Source: an uncultured virus (IMG/VR IMGVR_UViG_3300031565_000002) (Duplodnaviria; Heunggongvirae; Uroviricota; Caudoviricetes). From it: a DNA stretch of 50,025 nt. Position numbers and translations under genes: made by a program. Positions 47,040 to 50,025 of the stretch are shown piece by piece. The DNA lies in IMG/VR virus record IMGVR_UViG_3300031565_000002, one strand, 5' to 3'. Each line of letters starts with the position of its first letter. The stretch's first letter is position 1. Below the pieces are notes generated by a model, which saw only the letters and a list, made by a program, of their open reading frames with translations, ran no database searches and was not told the DNA's origin.

Positions 47040-48512
47040 TTATGCAATCGGATTATTACTCTTATCCTTTTTTCCCTTCTTCTCCTGCTCGTTCTTGTCA
47101 TTACCCATAAAACCCTTCGTGAAATTTTCCATTTGAGAGCCTGCACTACCATACGTCATACCTTTAGATAACCCAGACATCCTACGACCAGAACTCAATG
47201 TACTTCTCATATATGACATATCTGCACTTAAACTACTATTATATGATTTCATATTATCAGCAAATCCCCTGATGCTAGAACCTACAGACTGTAAATTTTC
47301 AGAAGAAGCATAACAGGCTGTCTTAATGAGAGCACTATCAAAATCTCTCAATAAGCGTTCTGCATCTGTAACATTTCCCTGATCAGCAACATATCGAGCT
47401 TCATGTTGTACCTGTGCAGAATTAAGAAGAATAACCTGCTCTTCAACAACACTATCAGGAATATCCTGAATCTCATCTTCACCGACAAATTCAACGGCAG
47501 CAACAGAATCAACCCTATGCTTCTTATCATCCGAAATTTTTGTATACATAACACTAACATCAACAAGGTCACTTTCATCAAGATGATCAGTTACTTTCAA
47601 TTCTGCAACCACGCTTCTTGATTCTTCCCCATAAATATTAGCAATACTAATGACAACTTCATCACCCTGAATATCATTTAATAAAACCTGAATTCTTTCA
47701 GGCACAGGAGTAACTTCTTCTTCCTGATCATCCTTAATGACCTTCACGCTGAAATCATTAAGGATTTTATGAACAGTAACTCCTCTTTTCGGTTTCAGTT
47801 TAACAACAATATCCTTCGCAAAAGTCGTCAGCAACCCACCAAGTTCAGTACCAAAATACTCATCACACTCTGTTAATTCCTGGATATAAAAATTATTGCC
47901 TTTGCCGACCTTCGCAAATCCACCCAGCAGTTCAGGATCATGATCTTCTCCAAACCCGAAGGTAGAAATTGAAATATCAGGGTTACGTTTCCTAACAATA
48001 TCTATCAATCCGGTATAATTCTGAACACCGGCAGTAGGACAACCATCAGTAAAAAATATAGCTCTCTTTATAACATTTTCACCTTTGCTCTTACCGCTTA
48101 ATAACTCAAACATAGTCATAAGGGTATCACTCATATTTGTTGCGCCAATTGTATGCAAATCATCAATCTTCTTTTTAAGATCTTCTTTATTTTCCCTTGT
48201 TGCATAAACTGGCTCTTCTGTAACCATTATCACATGCGAAGAAAATGCCACAATACTTATGCGATCTTTAGGTGACATATTGTCAATAAATTTTTTAGCA
48301 GACCCCTTCATCGTTTCTATTTTACGTCCACCCATAGATCCTGAGACATCTAATGCAATGCAAACTTCCAGCATAGGTCTCTGCTCATCTGAAATAATTA
48401 TTTCAGGAGCACCAACGGTTACCATCAAATGTAAATCATTCGGAACGCCATTATTAATACTTGAGTAATCAAACTTCGTTTCAACAGATAAAGATTCCAT
48501 AAATCCCTCCAC
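47040..48512 (-). CDS. vWA domain protein (YfbK-like)
   Basis: LDVSGSM MIDAS, GATN, FTDG, FGFG. Confidence 0.9.
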   Translation of the reverse strand: MEGFMESLSVETKFDYSSINNGVPNDLHLMVTVGAPEIIISDEQRPMLEVCIALDVSGSMGGRKIETMKGSAKKFIDNMSPKDRISIVAFSSHVIMVTEEPVYATRENKEDLKKKIDDLHTIGATNMSDTLMTMFELLSGKSKGENVIKRAIFFTDGCPTAGVQNYTGLIDIVRKRNPDISISTFGFGEDHDPELLGGFAKVGKGNNFYIQELTECDEYFGTELGGLLTTFAKDIVVKLKPKRGVTVHKILNDFSVKVIKDDQEEEVTPVPERIQVLLNDIQGDEVVISIANIYGEESRSVVAELKVTDHLDESDLVDVSVMYTKISDDKKHRVDSVAAVEFVGEDEIQDIPDSVVEEQVILLNSAQVQHEARYVADQGNVTDAERLLRDFDSALIKTACYASSENLQSVGSSIRGFADNMKSYNSSLSADMSYMRSTLSSGRRMSGLSKGMTYGSAGSQMENFTKGFMGNDKNEQEKKGKKDKSNNPIA

Positions 48513-48544
48513 TATTATTAATTATTACCATTTATTGTCCGGTT

Positions 48545-48576
48545 CTATAATATAACAAATAAAGTAAAAAAGTGAA
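48545..48576 (-). promoter_or_regulatory. Putative promoter (recurring motif)
   Basis: TTCACT-N16-TATATTATAG. Confidence 0.7.
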
Positions 48577-48577
48577 C

Positions 48578-48612
48578 AAAAATGAAAAAGGGCGAAAATA
48601 TCACCCTTTTTC
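48578..48612 (-). terminator. Intrinsic terminator
   Basis: GAAAAAGGGTGA-TATTT-TCGCCCTTTTTC then ATTTTT. Confidence 0.7.
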
Positions 48613-48637
48613 TTTAACGAACACCATAGAGAGGGGA

Positions 48638-49051
48638 TCATCGTTCATCTACTTCATCGCCACCCCTTTGCTTTCTTAACTTATCTTTCCTCTTAATTAT
48701 ACCATGTTTATCAAAATATTCAATATTTTCATTGGCCATTTCCAATAATCTTCGCATATAATCATGGTCACCTTTTCTCACCAATTCTCCAACATCATCT
48801 ACTTCAATATCGCAATTCGGACAACTAAAAATTGGCAAACCCAGTCTTTCTTTTAATTCGAAAAGTTCCTCTTCAAGTAAAATAACAAACATAGCATCAG
48901 GAAAAGTTCCTATTTGACCACTCTTATTAACTCCATAAGGGGTTTCGTACTTTTCGGTCAAACAACGAATATCATAAATCATCTTAATATGCCTAGTTGT
49001 TAGATCGACTTTAAATTTACAGGGTTTTCTGCTGGGAGATTTGTTATCCAT
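48638..49051 (-). CDS. Hypothetical protein
   Basis: GAGG RBS; CPNC. Confidence 0.7.
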   Translation of the reverse strand: MDNKSPSRKPCKFKVDLTTRHIKMIYDIRCLTEKYETPYGVNKSGQIGTFPDAMFVILLEEELFELKERLGLPIFSCPNCDIEVDDVGELVRKGDHDYMRRLLEMANENIEYFDKHGIIKRKDKLRKQRGGDEVDER

Positions 49052-49062
49052 GCGACATCACC

Positions 49063-49359
49063 TCATTTCATTTTAAGAAAGTTATTGTTTTTTAAAATCG
49101 CGTATAACCTTCTTGCAAGATCATCTACCAACTTATGAGGCATTGGGTGAGTTTCGTTATCGCATATATGTACTATCTCATGGAAAAGTGACTCTTCAAT
49201 TACAGATCTCTTCATCCGTTTTCTTAGGCGCACTTTTAATTCGGATTTATCTACATCTGCGTATGTTATGTCATTTTCGTTATCTCCAAATTCTTCTCCA
49301 TTAACCCAGACTACATCATAAATATGCCCTTCGAACTTTAACTGTTTTGGGATTCTCAT
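49063..49359 (-). CDS. Small HExxH zinc-metallopeptidase-like protein
   Basis: EESLFHEIVH. Confidence 0.7.
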   Translation of the reverse strand: MRIPKQLKFEGHIYDVVWVNGEEFGDNENDITYADVDKSELKVRLRKRMKRSVIEESLFHEIVHICDNETHPMPHKLVDDLARRLYAILKNNNFLKMK

Positions 49360-49381
49360 AACAGGCCAGCCTGGTTAAAGA

Positions 49382-50017
49382 TTATTCAAATTCAAATGTA
49401 GAACTCGCTACGTCATTTTGTTTCTCCGGTTCAACGATAGTTCTCCTTACTAATGTTTGGTTAATGTTAGTATGCAAACCAGATAAAAAACTGGTATCAC
49501 ATTTCATAGTTCTTATACCTTCGTAAATCTCGCTGATCGTAATCACAATACGCGCAGTAACACTGTCCTGAATAACATCTGCGTGTCTTATAGCATCAAG
49601 TATTGAGGCATTAAGCAATTGTCTTAAATTTTGATTGGCACAATAATTAGGGATATCATCAATATTTTTTACAACATCACTAATATGCTCCCGATAAATC
49701 TCATCTGCATTTTCTACTCCATCCGATTCACCGGCAATAAATATGCTTTTAGCCATTACACTTGTTCCAAATCCGGTAGATGTAGTTAATGAAACAACGT
49801 AAATATCCTCTTCTTGAAACGTATATATAGGATTTATCTCTGTAGAAGTAGTGCCATCGCCAAAATCCCATAAATAACTTACAGCATTACCCTCACAACT
49901 ATTTGGCATATTGTCATTAATAATGTATATATCTCTAACAGCCATATGCCAGTCCGATACATCGTTCCTTAAATTCATCTTTAAACGTAACCCGTGAGAG
50001 CCAGAATCTAATCCCAT
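49382..50017 (-). CDS. PKD domain protein (start uncertain near the window edge)
   Basis: SYLWDFGDGTTSTEINPIYTFQEEDIYVVSLT is a canonical PKD signature. Confidence 0.8.
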   Translation of the reverse strand: MGLDSGSHGLRLKMNLRNDVSDWHMAVRDIYIINDNMPNSCEGNAVSYLWDFGDGTTSTEINPIYTFQEEDIYVVSLTTSTGFGTSVMAKSIFIAGESDGVENADEIYREHISDVVKNIDDIPNYCANQNLRQLLNASILDAIRHADVIQDSVTARIVITISEIYEGIRTMKCDTSFLSGLHTNINQTLVRRTIVEPEKQNDVASSTFEFE

Positions 50018-50025
50018 AACACTCG

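Noticed and set aside
6480..47581. Nested same-strand alternative-frame ORFs (6480, 17628, 19758, 20007, 37880, 43766, 47348)
   Set aside because: They are fully inside longer genes and lack independent support.
47670..47740. PVPERIQVLLN in a vWA insert (also AIRQRLFT ending ORF 4053) as tag copies
   Set aside because: Partial matches only; plausible but too weak to count.
65..49304. All plus-strand ORFs in the track (e.g. 8011-8496, 21354-21782, 32576-32935)
   Set aside because: They are antisense shadows of well-supported minus-strand genes, with no RBS or recognisable motifs.
1..50025. CRISPR arrays, tRNA or rRNA genes
   Set aside because: No regularly spaced repeats or cloverleaf/T-loop signatures were seen by eye; tRNAscan was not run.
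1..50025. Stop-codon recoding as in some large phages
   Set aside because: Conserved enzymes are full length in code 11, and TAA, TAG and TGA all end genes at sensible positions.

Overview
A 50 kb AT-rich segment that looks like part of a large (jumbo-type) bacteriophage genome. Essentially all real genes lie on the minus strand, tightly packed, in standard genetic code, with GGAG-type RBSs and a recurring sigma70-like promoter (TT[GC]A..-N16-TATATTAT). No virion structural genes or tRNAs were seen. Recognisable genes: four beta-class N4C/N6A DNA methyltransferases (one with a LAGLIDADG intein), an M16 peptidase, an NrdR zinc-finger-only protein, an HhH glycosylase-like protein, ASCH, a membrane-anchored heparinase II/III-like lyase, a Lar-like protein, ribosomal protein bS21, a GNAT, intein-containing RtcB, an NAD salvage block (Nudix, pncA, nadE, pncB), radical SAM plus PLP enzyme, the DUF2997/DUF1257/AAA triad, ClpX, vWA and PKD proteins. 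The most striking unexplained signal is a short amphipathic peptide, about [SNPD]-h-x-[KREN]-R-[LF]-x-x-[ILV]-[GND]. It is appended to the N- or C-terminus of about 20 otherwise unrelated proteins and inserted into a loop of RtcB, which suggests an undescribed genome-wide protein tagging or targeting system. Other leads are a ~195 nt multi-stem non-coding element upstream of bS21, clamp-binding-like tails on the methyltransferases, a minimal prohead-protease-like protein, and a disordered protein carrying RNR- and terminase-like motif fragments. All family calls are motif recognition by eye; no database searches were run.
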